Source: Macrostomum lignano
Taxonomy: Eukaryota
DNA: 64,000 bases
Assembly: GCA_002269645.1 (NCBI GenBank)
Contig: NIVC01001001.1
Span: forward strand, 248,001 to 312,000
Reading direction: 5' to 3'
In this document: positions 52,859 to 64,000 of the stretch, piece by piece
Numbering within the stretch: position 1 is the first letter of the stretch
Layout: every line of letters starts with the position of its first letter
The notes under the pieces: model-generated
The model's input: the letters and a program-made list of their open reading frames with translations, nothing else
Told to the model about the DNA's origin: nothing
Databases searched by the model: none
Made by a program: the position numbers and the translations under genes

Positions 52859-55083
52859 ACGAGTTCAACAAGCCGGCCAATTGGAACTACGTGGGCCCCT
52901 ACCCGGCTATTGACTATTACGGCGGCAAGGCAAACAAGGACTACGACTCCATCTGTAATTGGCTGGCCTCGCGACAGGGCGAGTTGTTCAACTTTAATCG
53001 GGAGTATCTCGATTATTGTTTGAGCGACACGGTGCTGCTTCGCGAGGGCTGCATCAAGTACAGGGCGATAATTGGCGAAATTTGTGACGGCCTGGAACCG
53101 TTTGTTCAGGCCAATACAATTGCCAGCCTCGCAACGGCCGTTTTCACCACCAAATTTATGGAGCCCAACTCGGTCGGCGTGATTGCCCGGCAGGCCGACC
53201 AGCAGTCGTTCAAGGCGCGCAAGTGGCTGGCCTATTTGAATGCCACCGAATTTGGCGGGCGGCTGCGCACGTGCGACTCGACTGGCGGCGAGGCTGTCAT
53301 TCTCGGCCGCAAGGTGGACGGCTTCGATGAGGCCACCAACACTGTTTTGTAGTTTCATGGCTGCTTCTACCATGGCTGCGAGCAGTGCATGCCCGATCAG
53401 GATGTCGTCCACCCACTCAAACGGCAGCCTCTGAGCCACATCCGCCACGAGACTGAGTGGTTCACTCGCGAGTTGGAGCGCAATAATTACAGTGTTCGAG
53501 CCATTTGGGAGCATGAATACGACACTGTACTGGCGTCGCAGGCCGATTTCCTTGCCGCAACTGCCCATCTGCGCGCCCCGCTCAAGATGGAGGATGCGCT
53601 CTACGGCGGCCGCGTAGAGTGTTTCATCCCGCATGCTGTGGCCAGTGAGACTGAGGCGCTCAAATATCGGGATGTGGTGAGTAGTGATACTACTAATGTA
53701 GTAGAATATTTTGCAAAATGTGAAATACAGTTTATGAAAAATAATGTTTTATTTCAACTGGCAGGTCTCTCTGTACCCGACGGTGCAGTCGAAAGACCCA
53801 TACCCGATTGGCCACCCGGTGCACCATCCGACGCCGCAGACGCTCGACTCTGACGCGCTGGCCAGCTACTTTGGTATTTCCAAAGTGACGGTGCTGCCGC
53901 CGTCAGATTTGCATATTCTGCTGCTGCCCTACAGGGTGTAGAAGAAGCTCTTTGTTGGGCTTTGCCGCACCTGTATGGAGCAGCAGCAGCAGTGCAGCGG
54001 CGAGTACTGCCACCACTCAGACCAGGAGCGGGCGCTGACTGGCACCTGGGCAACGCCGGAGCTGCGAAAAGCCTTCCAGTTGGGCTACCGACTGCAGGTT
54101 GTGCATTCGTTGGCCTACTGGACAGAGCAGCGGACCGGCCTGTTCAGCGACTATGTCAGCACCTTCCTCAAGTTGAAGGCCGAGTCGAGCGGCTCCCCCG
54201 GCATGTCAGACGAAGACAAGGCCGCCTACATTGCCGATTTTTACGCCAAGGAAGGCGTCACGCTGGACAAGGTCGAGCCCAACCCTGGACTTCGCTTTGT
54301 AGCGAAAATCTTTTTGAATTCGTAAGTAATCATAAATTTTGTTTCGTAAACGATTTCTTCTACTAACAGTAACCAAATCTTTTCACGCAGGCTCTGGGGC
54401 CATTTTTGTCAGCACGATGACCTGACATCGACCGAGATTGTGTCCAGCTACGAGGACTGGCTCGCCCGGCTGACCGACCCCAACCTCAAAGTCAAGGCCT
54501 GCGAACCGATTGGCAGCGAGTTTATGCTGCTGGAGTACCGGCACCGCTACTTTAATCAGTGGCCGTTCCGCTACTCCAATGTGCCAATCGGGGTCTTTAC
54601 GACCACGCAGGCCCAGCTGCGCCTGTACGAGGCCTTGGAGGGTCTCGGCGAACGGGCCATTTGCTGCGACACCGACTCGAAAGTAATGGCTGGATAAATT
54701 CTTTTAGAATTGATTACGTACTTGGCATATGGAACTAATTGCCTATTTTCTCTCCCACACAGGGTCGTTTACCGGCATTCCGAGATTCCGAGGGCCAATG
54801 GGAGCCGCCCCATGGCACGAGCCTCGGAATGTGGACCGATGAGGTGCCCGCAGGCAGCCGGATGACCGACTTTGTAAGTGGGGGACCCAAGCTCTACACT
54901 TACATTGTCGAGAATGCGGCCGGTGTCCCCAGCCAGGTCCTGAAGTGTAAGGGTATTCGCCTGACCCCTGAGATACGAGAGAGCAGCGATGACTTGCGCA
55001 ACACCCTCCTACACGGTGGCTCTCTGCAGCTGCCGCAGTTTCAGTTCAGGCGCGACAAGGCGTCTTGTACCATACACACTGTT

Positions 55084-55446
55084 TTTTTTATTAGGGGCAG
55101 GGGGGTTGTGTGCACCCTGGCGCACTTTAAGCGACATAGGCACACAACCGGCGAGAGGCATTACTGCCCATTCCGCCGACTCCCCTGAGCAGGCATACAA
55201 GCGCGCGGATACGTAGGCAGGCACACACTCACACAGGAGTGTACAGCGGCCCTAACTTTATTTATCGTTAGGCATGTACACTTCACTGCGCCTTGGGGGG
55301 GGGGGTTGGCTCTCAAGGCCGTTAATTGCACGAGCAGAAGCCAAGCCGAGATTCCAATTCAGCCCTAAATTAATGTGACTGCACTTGGAATCGAGCCTGG
55401 GTCGCTGGCACACCAGAGCAGCTGCGCTACCGCTGGGCTACGGCCC
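55084..55446 (-). mobile_element. tRNA-derived SINE in the pPolB C-terminus
   Basis: 14-bp TSD CCATACACACTGTT (55070-55083, 55447-55460); A box TAGCCCAGCGG; B box GGCTCGATTCC; A-rich tail. Confidence 0.85.
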
Positions 55447-55880
55447 CCATACACACTGTTAGTATGGACAAGACGTTTCAGCGCGTCCTGACGAAACGCG
55501 TGTACGAGGCCTGCAGCAGGCCTTATGGTTATAAATAATGTAGTAGTCCTTGTGACTGACTATTAAATGTACATTTTTGTATTGCTAAAATTATCAGAGT
55601 AAAAATCTATTTGTTGTACAATAATTTGCATGTCAATGTACATAAAGCATTTTTGTATTGTATGCGGCGAAATTGCCAATGTAAAAATCTATTGTACATA
55701 TTTTGCGTGTCAAACTTGTTTAAAATCATTTATGAAAAGAAAATTATTGAAAAACAATGTAAAATTTTCCGTATATTCTACTCGCTGGTGATGCTGTACA
55801 TAAATTATTTCCTGAAATATGCTACTGATTTATTGTAAATATATCTTTGTAAATAGTTTATATACGATGTGAGCTACACA

Positions 55881-56402
55881 GTTAGTTGACTCATTTATTA
55901 ATAGTAGTAGATGGGATTGTACAGCGCGTCTACACCAATTCTCACCTCTGCTCATACTGTACACACGTAGTGTTTCGAGTTGGAATTGTACATGTAATCT
56001 TGTGGGGTTGGCGATTCGAATAGCGCGCAGAGAGCGCGGACCGTCGTGTAGATTGGGGATTAATGTGGGACACTGTACATATAGAAATTGTCATAGAAGT
56101 ATAGCTTAATGTACAAGTGTACATGTAGAGTATGCACTGTACAAGTTGACAATGTACATGTAGAATTGGGGGGATAGACATAGAAGTAGACATGTACATA
56201 TACAATTTGAGATAGATACATGTAGGGATTAATGCAGTACATAGGATTAATGTGCATATGCGAGTACATGGATTAATGTACATATACTATATACTATATT
56301 GAAGTATATCACGCTTAGAATAGCGTTTTCATATACTACTTACTTCATTTTTCAGATAGTAGTATAATTTGCGTTTTTTGCGTCAAATCTGCCTAAAAAT
56401 CA
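55881..56402 (-). repeat. Right long inverted repeat
   Basis: Reverse-complement match to 32801-33350. Confidence 0.9.
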
Positions 56403-56529
56403 ACGACATTTGGCGCGATACGTAGTAATATATTTTTACATCAGAATTAGTTTTAGAAACGATCTGCGCATTAAAAAACGCTGTAGTTTTCTCAATTTAC
56501 GCCCAGCGTGCCAATTCTGCGCTTACTTG

Positions 56530-57000
56530 CGTGAGATGTCGCTTGTTCTGAGATGCGTCTCAACTACACGGGAAGGTGACGAGGATGTCGAAAAGCCGTA
56601 TCTACAAGCAAACATCATTCGGATGCGAACTGATGATAAACGAGAGAAATTGATTAGAGAATTGCAGTTAGACTGGGTCAATACGAGCTCTTTCCAGGAA
56701 GGAATACAGGTGAATCCCGCACTTATTATTATAATTTTTGATTCGCAAAATGTTTTCTGCTGTATATATTGAATTATCGAATGCAATTAACTATTCCTCG
56801 AAATTATAGCTAAAACTCCTCAACCAGTCGATTGTAGATCTATTGGCCTGGCAATTGGAGCAGCAGTGCACACCTGCAGTAGCAATGCTGGACAGTTTTG
56901 ATTGTCCTTGTGCAAACTGCATTGTATTGTTTTTCATTTTAGCGCACTTTATTCAAGATGTTTCTAAACGATCATTTGATTTGAAGATCGATTGCTATAC
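56530..57000 (+). other. Copy B of the duplicated two-exon coding segment
   Basis: REKLIRELQLDWVNTSSFQEGIQ|LKLLNQSIVDLLAWQLEQQC; paralog of 24830-25300. Confidence 0.55.
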
Positions 57001-58409
57001 ATCTACATGTGCTTTTTAAATAACAGTCTTATTCAAATTAAATAACGTTTTAAAAAACGAGTAGCCTGCAGAATTGTTCACAAGAAATTGTTATAAATAT
57101 ATCCCGAAGCTCAAGTCAGTTATTTGAAAAATCAATGTTAAAAGATTTTGTCAGTTTCATTGTTTAAAGCATTGTATTTCAAGCAGGGGCGCGTCCAGAG
57201 GTTTCAGGATGGGGGGGGGCCCAGTTGGGGCCCAGTAAAAACTGAAGGGGCAACATCTCAAATAGAGTGTACGTTTTTTAATTACGAGTATTGTAAAGAG
57301 AAAATTTTCATCGAAAAGCAAAAATGACATCCAAAAATACCTCGCAATGAATGATTGCAATTGTTTAGTTAATTTAAGAAAAACGAACATTCTAAATCAC
57401 TAAATGGTTCTTGTTTTTTTGCCCAAGAAAATGCTTTTGAATATTTTTTGCTTTGTCAAGTTGTTTAGTTTTGTAATTGGAAGACTTTAAACACGAATGC
57501 ATGCATGTTACTTTTTCCAGCAGATTCTCGTCAAAAAACTCCGTTGGTTACTCCATCGGAAGATTTCATGCAGGAAACGCCGACGTTTAAAATTTTTGAT
57601 GCATTTTTCAATGGCCTCATTAATAATAGAAAACATATATATACCCAGCAAGACAAAATTGTCCACACTTCTCTTGACAGAATTTCATCTCTCTGTTTGA
57701 GTGACAAACAAGGACAACTTGATAACAGTTATCAAGTTGTCCTTGGTGACAAATTGGAGACTCTGGGCCACAGACATTTATTCTGATACATGTATGCGCA
57801 TTGAGATACATCGAGTACTAAGATAGAGTCTGATAGACAGTTTTTGCAATTGTAATTTGTCTATGGTCGAACTGTTGGATCAATTCGCCACTCAACTGAG
57901 AGACAAAATTCTACTGAGAAACGGATGGGGACACTTGTCTTGCTGAGTATGCGTGCATGGTGCATAAAGTACATTTGATGATCGATGATAGGTTTAGTGA
58001 AAACACGTCAGCGTAGAATGAACTTGAATATGAATTTACAGTAACACTTTACCACCCACTTCATCACAATCACCATACATACATAACAACAGAACTTAAC
58101 GTGAATGCATGCATATATACATATTATTTAATAGATATATATACATAATTTAAAAGAAATCAGCCAATTCGATCAATGTGCATACACATACATTCATATA
58201 CCTTTGAACGATACATGAAAGAGGTAGCAATTAGTAGCAATGACAATGAAGTGAAAAATGACAAGTAATGTAACGTACATAAATGAAGTATGTACAGAAT
58301 AAAAACGCAAAAGCAACATACATATACTGTAATACTATACATGTACATACATTAGTCAAGTGGCCGTAGCAAATGTAAATTGTCTTAGCGAGCAAAATAA
58401 GTCATAAAA

Positions 58410-61400
58410 TCATGTAAGACTTATTCGCCTATTAGAATGGGCAGACGCAAATTCATCATCAAAACAGTCAAGATCAATTATTGATGCTCGCTCGTTTTCA
58501 ATCGACAAAAGAGCCAGATTCGAAAGTCGAGAAGATGACATTCGACTTCTCAAGTACGTCTTGATCAGGCGCATTTTGGAAAAACTGCGCTCTGCTGATG
58601 CTGTTGTTACTGGAATTGTCAAGCATATGATGAGAAGCTTGTACAACTCAGGGAAAACCTCTCTGAATGGGTGCAACATCTCAGCAAATGCTTTTAAATC
58701 AGTCAAGCTGCCATCGCCCTTTCTCTCAATCAGACGCTTTACTTGAATGACCTCAAGTTTCAGGAACTCTTGGTCACATTTTATAGGCCTCCTAAATCCT
58801 CCAGCTGTGAAGCGTCCAAAAAACAGTCCGAGTTTGGCTTTAGAGAACCAATTCCCTTATAGAGAACAGCTGTTTCATGGTCAAATCTTCGTCGCATTTC
58901 CGACAATAGGCAGTCGATCACCGGTAGATATACATTAATTCGAAATCCGTTTGCTCCAGATTCAGAGTTGCGCTGAGCGACATGATCCCTTTCAAAAGTT
59001 ACAAACTGATCGAAGCGCTTATTTGGGCGTTTTGTTCGTCTGTTCGGTTCTGGCTCAGGTATATTCCACTCATTACCTAACTGCTGGGAGTCCAGAAATA
59101 CTTTCTCTAAGAATTCGTTGCTGTCGCGCAAAGTTTGGAATTCGGTGATTGTTGACTGTGCCAAATCAACAGCAGAAGCAAGGTCTAAATCTTTTTGTTG
59201 AAGGAAATCCGATAGTGCCTTTGTGCGAGTCAGAATTTCGCACATGAGAACTAGCCTTAGTACGAAGCTTCGGGTCAACTGAGCTAAAATTCCAGTGGCT
59301 TCAACAACACAATCTCCGGAGTCCTGCTCCTTAATTTCTTTTAAAACGGAGAGAATCGCGCCAATACGATTACGAATATTGTTCCCTTTTGTCTATGGTT
59401 TCCGGCATTCATACTTGCGGTAACAATTTAATTGTTTGTCGGCTTTTTTCGATTGTTGCCGGATTTCAGACGAATGTATTTGGCTATCAAAACAAGGAAC
59501 AACAATAGCAACACGGCGAAAGTGTTTCATAGTCACAAAAAGTTCTTAAGAACAAACCGATCGAATCAATTGTTTTACTTTCCGTCAAAGTTGAATGTGC
59601 AGTTGTGGAACTGACCACCACAGAGGCTTCTCGGCAGGTCTTGGCCGCCCTCGGGTGCTTTCATCAGCTCGCCTCTATCAGACCCAGTTGTCACACTTTC
59701 GATGGTGGATTCCGCATCGTCGTCAATCTTGGTGACTTTGGACCCATAGGCAGCCAGACAAGCTGGAGGTTGTCCATCTCCAGAACGTAGCGCGTGCTCG
59801 ACTCTCGGGTGACAAAAGCCAACTCGTCCGTGGAGAGTCCACATATTTCTCCGCCAGGAATGTTTGCGTAGCGAATCATAGCTACTTTTCCTATTTGCAC
59901 TCCGAATAGGAGAATTAATTCAAGCTCAAAATCAACTTGAGAATTAACTCATGGCAGCCAGGCTAGCTGTCTTCACTGTCCTTTAAATTTGCCATAAACG
60001 ATTAATTATCTCTACAACCCTTTCATTTAGAGAGCAACTAAATTTGCCATAGACGATTGATTATCTCTACAACCCTTTCAAAGCGCATTCCGGCAACAAT
60101 CGCATTTCATACTCAGCATCCGCACTATGTCTGGGCCATAGACAAGGGAAGTCAAAAGGGTACAATAATGACATGTACCGATTTTTTTCGGCAGCAATTG
60201 CTCTACTAAGCTTCAGCCGCTACGCGGCTTCAGCTTACGCAATTGCTGCCGAAAAAAATCGGTATATATCGTTACATTGTTGCACGCCTTCTCTCTGCAG
60301 GCCCATCTCGTGTCTGAGAGGCGCTGAAGCTCTAAGGCTGGCTTTCCAACATAGAGTTTCTTCTGGTGGTCAATAAACTAAGGATGAACAACTGAGTTTT
60401 ACATAAAACAGTAGAGCTTCTGCACAAGAGAAAAGAAGTCCTCAATCTCGGGCACTGATTTGCAAGCATCAACAAGACAGATTCAGGCAGTGTGCATAGC
60501 AGTGTACGTAAATTGCGAGTTCCGACTTGTCTCGAATCAGCTTTTGGAGCCCATTATGAACTCCGCTCATCACTGAGGCTCCATCATAGCCTTGGCCAAC
60601 TAGAAATCCGGTGTCTAGGCCATATTTCTGAAGGCTTTCTACTAGTGAGTTAGCAAGTGATTGGGCAGATAGTCCTGAAGCAGGTTTAAATTCCATAAAG
60701 ACTTCCTGCACTCCTTCTGAATGCTTGTAGAAACGAATGATTAAGGAGATCATTTCAACCTTAGAAATATCCTTGGCCTCATCTACGTACAATCACAGAA
60801 AAATATTTGGCTTCTTGGATGTCGTTTACAACAACATCACGGACCATGTCTGCCAGAATGTTAATAACTTCATTTTGAATTGTGTCACTCGTATACTTTG
60901 CATTCTTCTTCTGTTCAGATATCTTCTTCTTTATTATTTCGTCGTGCCTGCCAATCAGCTTCAATAATGCTTTGAAGTTTCCAGGATTTACTTGCTCATC
61001 ATTCTCGCGATGCCCCCTTTGGGCGATGTTTTGAGTTGCTGTAAGAAGTAATACTTCTCCTACACACTTAATGAAGTGCCTGTTCTCAGCTACCTTAGCT
61101 TTGTACGTAGCATCAAGCTGTTTCAATACAGTTCCTTCAGTGTCTTTCATTACTTTGTAGTCACACCATGCTTGCATTGCTAAACAGTGGCAATGAGAGC
61201 GGGCATGCTTTTTAAAGCCTGCATCCTGACACTGAGCATTTTTCCAGTTGCGGAATCCCTGAGTAGTAAAAGATGGCTCTTCTTGCATAGATTGAGGCGC
61301 GAAGTGGCGGCAGAGAAAGCAATAAGCAGAATCCTTCATTTGCGAATACTCAAGCCACTTGTAAGTCTCAAACCACGAGAATTGAAATGAACGGGACTTT

Positions 61401-61914
61401 TGCTTTGCCTTATCCGTTCCTGTGGAGGATTTTTACAAATAACTTTTAAAAAATACGTCTATATCAGTATAGCTAGCCTTAGCCACTAGCACTAGCCACT
61501 AGTAACCATTAGCACAAACAGTATTATGTAAATAACTGTCCACTTACCGCCTGAAGTTCCAACTGATTTTGGGTAGTTCCGCAAAAATGGCTGACAAGGG
61601 TGGATCGTCCTTATTCTGGGAAATATCACACGGGCCTTCGAAGAAGGTTGCTCAATCGTTCTACTGTCTGAGGCTGACTCTGTGGCAGTGGCAGCGGTAG
61701 CTGTCTCAACTAGAACAGGAGTGCCAGGAAAATTTGTTTCAGAGCCAGTCAGTTGAGCATCCTGTTCAGACTCCTGATCCGCAATCGTAGAGATGGCGCT
61801 TGGTTGATCCTTATGCCTTTTCGCCTGGCTATCGGTTTTTTCGCCTGGACCTTCATCTTCTCGCGGGTCTGAGCTAGGTCTTTTTAAAAAACTTCGAATA
61901 TCAGGCCTCTGCAT
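58410..61914 (-). pseudogene. ZMYM1-like hAT transposase (TTF Zn finger, DUF4371-like, dimerisation domain), disrupted
   Basis: WLEYSQMKDSAYCFLCRHF, AQRGH, DEAKD, GQGYDGASVMSG, HCYAHCLNL, TRW, TIPVTTASAERSFSKM. Intron 61420-61547, frameshifts and a nested insertion. Confidence 0.9.
59384..60275. mobile_element. 892-bp unclassified insertion in the hAT transposase (possibly a non-autonomous Crypton-like element)
   Basis: ATTGTT is duplicated (59378-59383, 60276-60281) and removal restores CNN|IRNRIG. Subterminal inverted repeat and a terminal 26-bp-stem hairpin. Confidence 0.6.
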
Positions 61915-63258
61915 TGTTGGCCAGGCTTCTTTAATTCAATTCTTAAAAATACATTTCCGTTTTTTTGAACCTTAAGACTTAAGAGAGCAGTAGCTAAAGT
62001 GTGACTTAAATCTTAAGGGGCAGAGGGGCAATGCTCTGTAGTCTTTTACACACTGTCTGAATGTACGATGGTTTAACTCTTTGTCCCTGTCCAAATGTAC
62101 ATTTATCAGCGCGCTTCTCCCTTCCCTTTCTGTCTGTCCTATCCCTCCTTTCCCTGTCCCAGTGCAAGTGTTAGGCTATACGCGTGGGGGAGGGGGTTGG
62201 GGGGTAGGAAGGATACAGCCATATAGACTGAACAGTTAGATAAAAACAATAAAGTCTGAGAGGCGATGCACTTTATAATTAAAGTTAGACAAAACCAAAA
62301 CACCGACAGATACTATAAAAACAAACGAAACGAAATTTGCCATACTATCAGATCAGAGAGTAAAGAATAATGTACCCATGTACAGTTTTGCTTGTGTAAA
62401 AACTTCTAGTATAGTAGTATTGTTTCTAAAATTAAAATTATAAAAAAAAGGTTTTTCAACTTTTTTTGAAAAATTTGACGTTCAGAAGTCAGAACTGAAA
62501 TTGGGGGGGGGGGGGCACAGGGGGGCCTATGGCCTAACAGGGGGGCCCAGGCCCCCCCTGGCCCCCCCTTGGACGCGCCACTGATTTCAAGGCTATATTC
62601 AAGGCTAGCTATAGCTATATAATAGCTATAGCTAATTTTTCATTGTTTTTTACCTTTGGCTCTGTTTGGATGCATTCTTAAGCAAGCATCTTTAACCATC
62701 TTGTGCACAGTAGAGTTTTTGAGCAATGGCCGGCCAAATTGGAAGTATTTTTGTTGATAAGTTAAATTTACGCGTTAAAAGTCGTGGTAGGAATAACAAA
62801 GCGTACCAAAGTGAATTGATTCTATGTTGCTGCTTAAAGAATAATGCTCAAAATCAATGAAAATAAAACTTGCATTCCTTCCATTAATAATCTTGTGCAA
62901 ATAGCTACTGCATTTTGTACTTGTTTTCTCTATTGTTTCTGCCAATTTAGTTTGCTATTTATTTCATTCATTTATTGTGTTCGAGTTCGACTCTTCGCTA
63001 AAAATACGGAATAGGAGTTCCAGGAGAGCGCTTAAGATAAAAGTAAAAGTGATTATAGCAGTGTCAAGCTATAGCGAGAGTTGTATTTCCCTTTAGCTAT
63101 TTATTTATTTCTCCCTTTAACCTCCTCTTGCTTCGAAACTAAAATATAGCTTCGAAATATAGCTAAGAAATTAATCAATCGTAATACGCTTTAGAACTGT
63201 TTATATTTTATTGTTACCATCTTTACACTCCCATCAAACGAATCATTAACATATTTAG

Positions 63259-64000
63259 ATGGCCAGTGCAAGTAATGCTTCGGGCTCTGAACCGCCAAAC
63301 TCTGAAAGAAAATTTTCGTAAGTGCAAGAACCATCCATGCAATCGCCGATCGGCAATATCATGGATTTGATACAATAATTTACTAGATTTAAAACTAAAT
63401 TGATAATTGACATTAGCACTATTACTGTTTTATAATATTTTATTGGTCACTCATATTTTTTGCTGAAGTTTTGAAGATGGTGCATGGTTTATTAATAATA
63501 AAAATTACACTTTTGGTTACTTAAACTTTATCATTTTGTTTACAGCAATTAAAACTTCATTACCATATATAAACATTGCAGAACAAGTGGAGATAGTCTC
63601 TACCAAATTCTTGGACTAGAAAAGGGTGCCTCTCCAGAGCAGGTTAAAAAGGCCTACAGAAAGGTTTGTAGCTATTTATATTCTCTAAATATTAGGCCCC
63701 TATATGGATATTCAATGTTATCATTAATCCCTAATAACTTGTTGAAAATTTTTCATATTTTTTAGTTGGCATTGCAATATCACCCAGACAAAAATCCAGA
63801 TCCTAGTGCTGCAGACAAGGTATGAAAAAGACATTATAGTTAAATTTATAATAATAAATTATAAACACAATATGGCACATATCAGTATTGCACACCACCC
63901 TTGCAGATCAAAGAGCTCAACAGAGCCAATCATGTGCTTAGCGATGAGAAAAGGAAAGCCATCTATGATAAATATGGCTCTGTTGGTTTGCAAATTGCAT
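63259..64000 (+). CDS. DNAJC5: Cysteine string protein-like DnaJ co-chaperone, 5' part (exons 63259-63317, 63582-63663, 63766-63819, 63907->64000)
   Basis: Spliced translation [96 protein letters not shown]. It has the J-domain HPD motif and CSP-like STSG.SLY and IYDKYGS.GL. Confidence 0.85.

Larger units (their letters stand above)
36984..55538 (+). pseudogene. Intron-containing protein-primed family B DNA polymerase (Polinton/Maverick type), disrupted
   Basis: Motifs HNASGYD, FKDSLNY, KGTFP..NWNYVGP, YCLSDT, KVDGF..FHGCFYHGC, YGGRVE, YRDV|VSLYP, AKIFLNS|LWG, CDTDS, SGGPKLY, KCKG, PYGYK*. Introns 50596-50677, 53677-53764, 54322-54390, 54679-54762, and inferred 48687-50002. Stops at 53350 and 53939, plus several insertions. 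Confidence 0.85.
32801..56402 (+). mobile_element. Large inverted-repeat-bounded unit containing a pPolB gene: degenerate Polinton/Maverick-like element
   Basis: 32801-33350 is the reverse complement, with scattered differences, of 55881-56402 (TGATTTTTAGGCAGATTTGACGC...GAGTCAACTAAC). pPolB ends ~340 bp before the right repeat. No TSD or AG-rich terminus was found. Confidence 0.6.
57184..62583 (-). mobile_element. hAT DNA transposon
   Basis: TIR CAG(G/T)GGCGCGTCCA at both ends; 8-bp TSD ATTTCAAG (57176-57183, 62584-62591). Confidence 0.95.

Noticed and set aside
55385-55446. Functional tRNA gene (also 610-687)
   Set aside because: These are A/B-box heads attached to SINE bodies, with no complete cloverleaf recognised.

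Overview
Repeat-rich eukaryotic (animal) genomic DNA with spliceosomal introns and GC-rich, poly-Ala/Gln coding sequence. It resembles a free-living flatworm such as Macrostomum, but that is inference only. Main content: (1) a ~0.65-0.69 kb tandem exon-intron array with a variable (CAG)n tract; one tract holds a near-intact Ingi/I-group LINE (E1, 6238-11090). (2) Many mini- and microsatellites and one multi-exon membrane-protein gene. (3) A ~23.6 kb unit bounded by ~0.5 kb inverted repeats (32801-56402). It contains a degenerate, intron-containing Polinton/Maverick-type protein-primed DNA polymerase B gene. The poly-Gln first exon of that gene is split by a head-to-tail chain of a short non-autonomous element (A), LINE E2 (itself split by a piggyBac at TTAA) and LINE E3. 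(4) A hAT transposon with a nested insertion. (5) The 5' part of a DNAJC5/CSP-like gene. Most notable: all four non-LTR elements begin with a foldable HDV-like ribozyme. E1 and E2 carry an exact ubiquitin C-terminal motif (VLRLRGG|C) in the N-terminal leader position where E3 carries a 2A peptide, suggesting processing by host deubiquitinases. The E1/E2 endonuclease is split by Cys-rich and PHD modules. All assignments come from reading motifs by eye; no database searches or folding programs were run.
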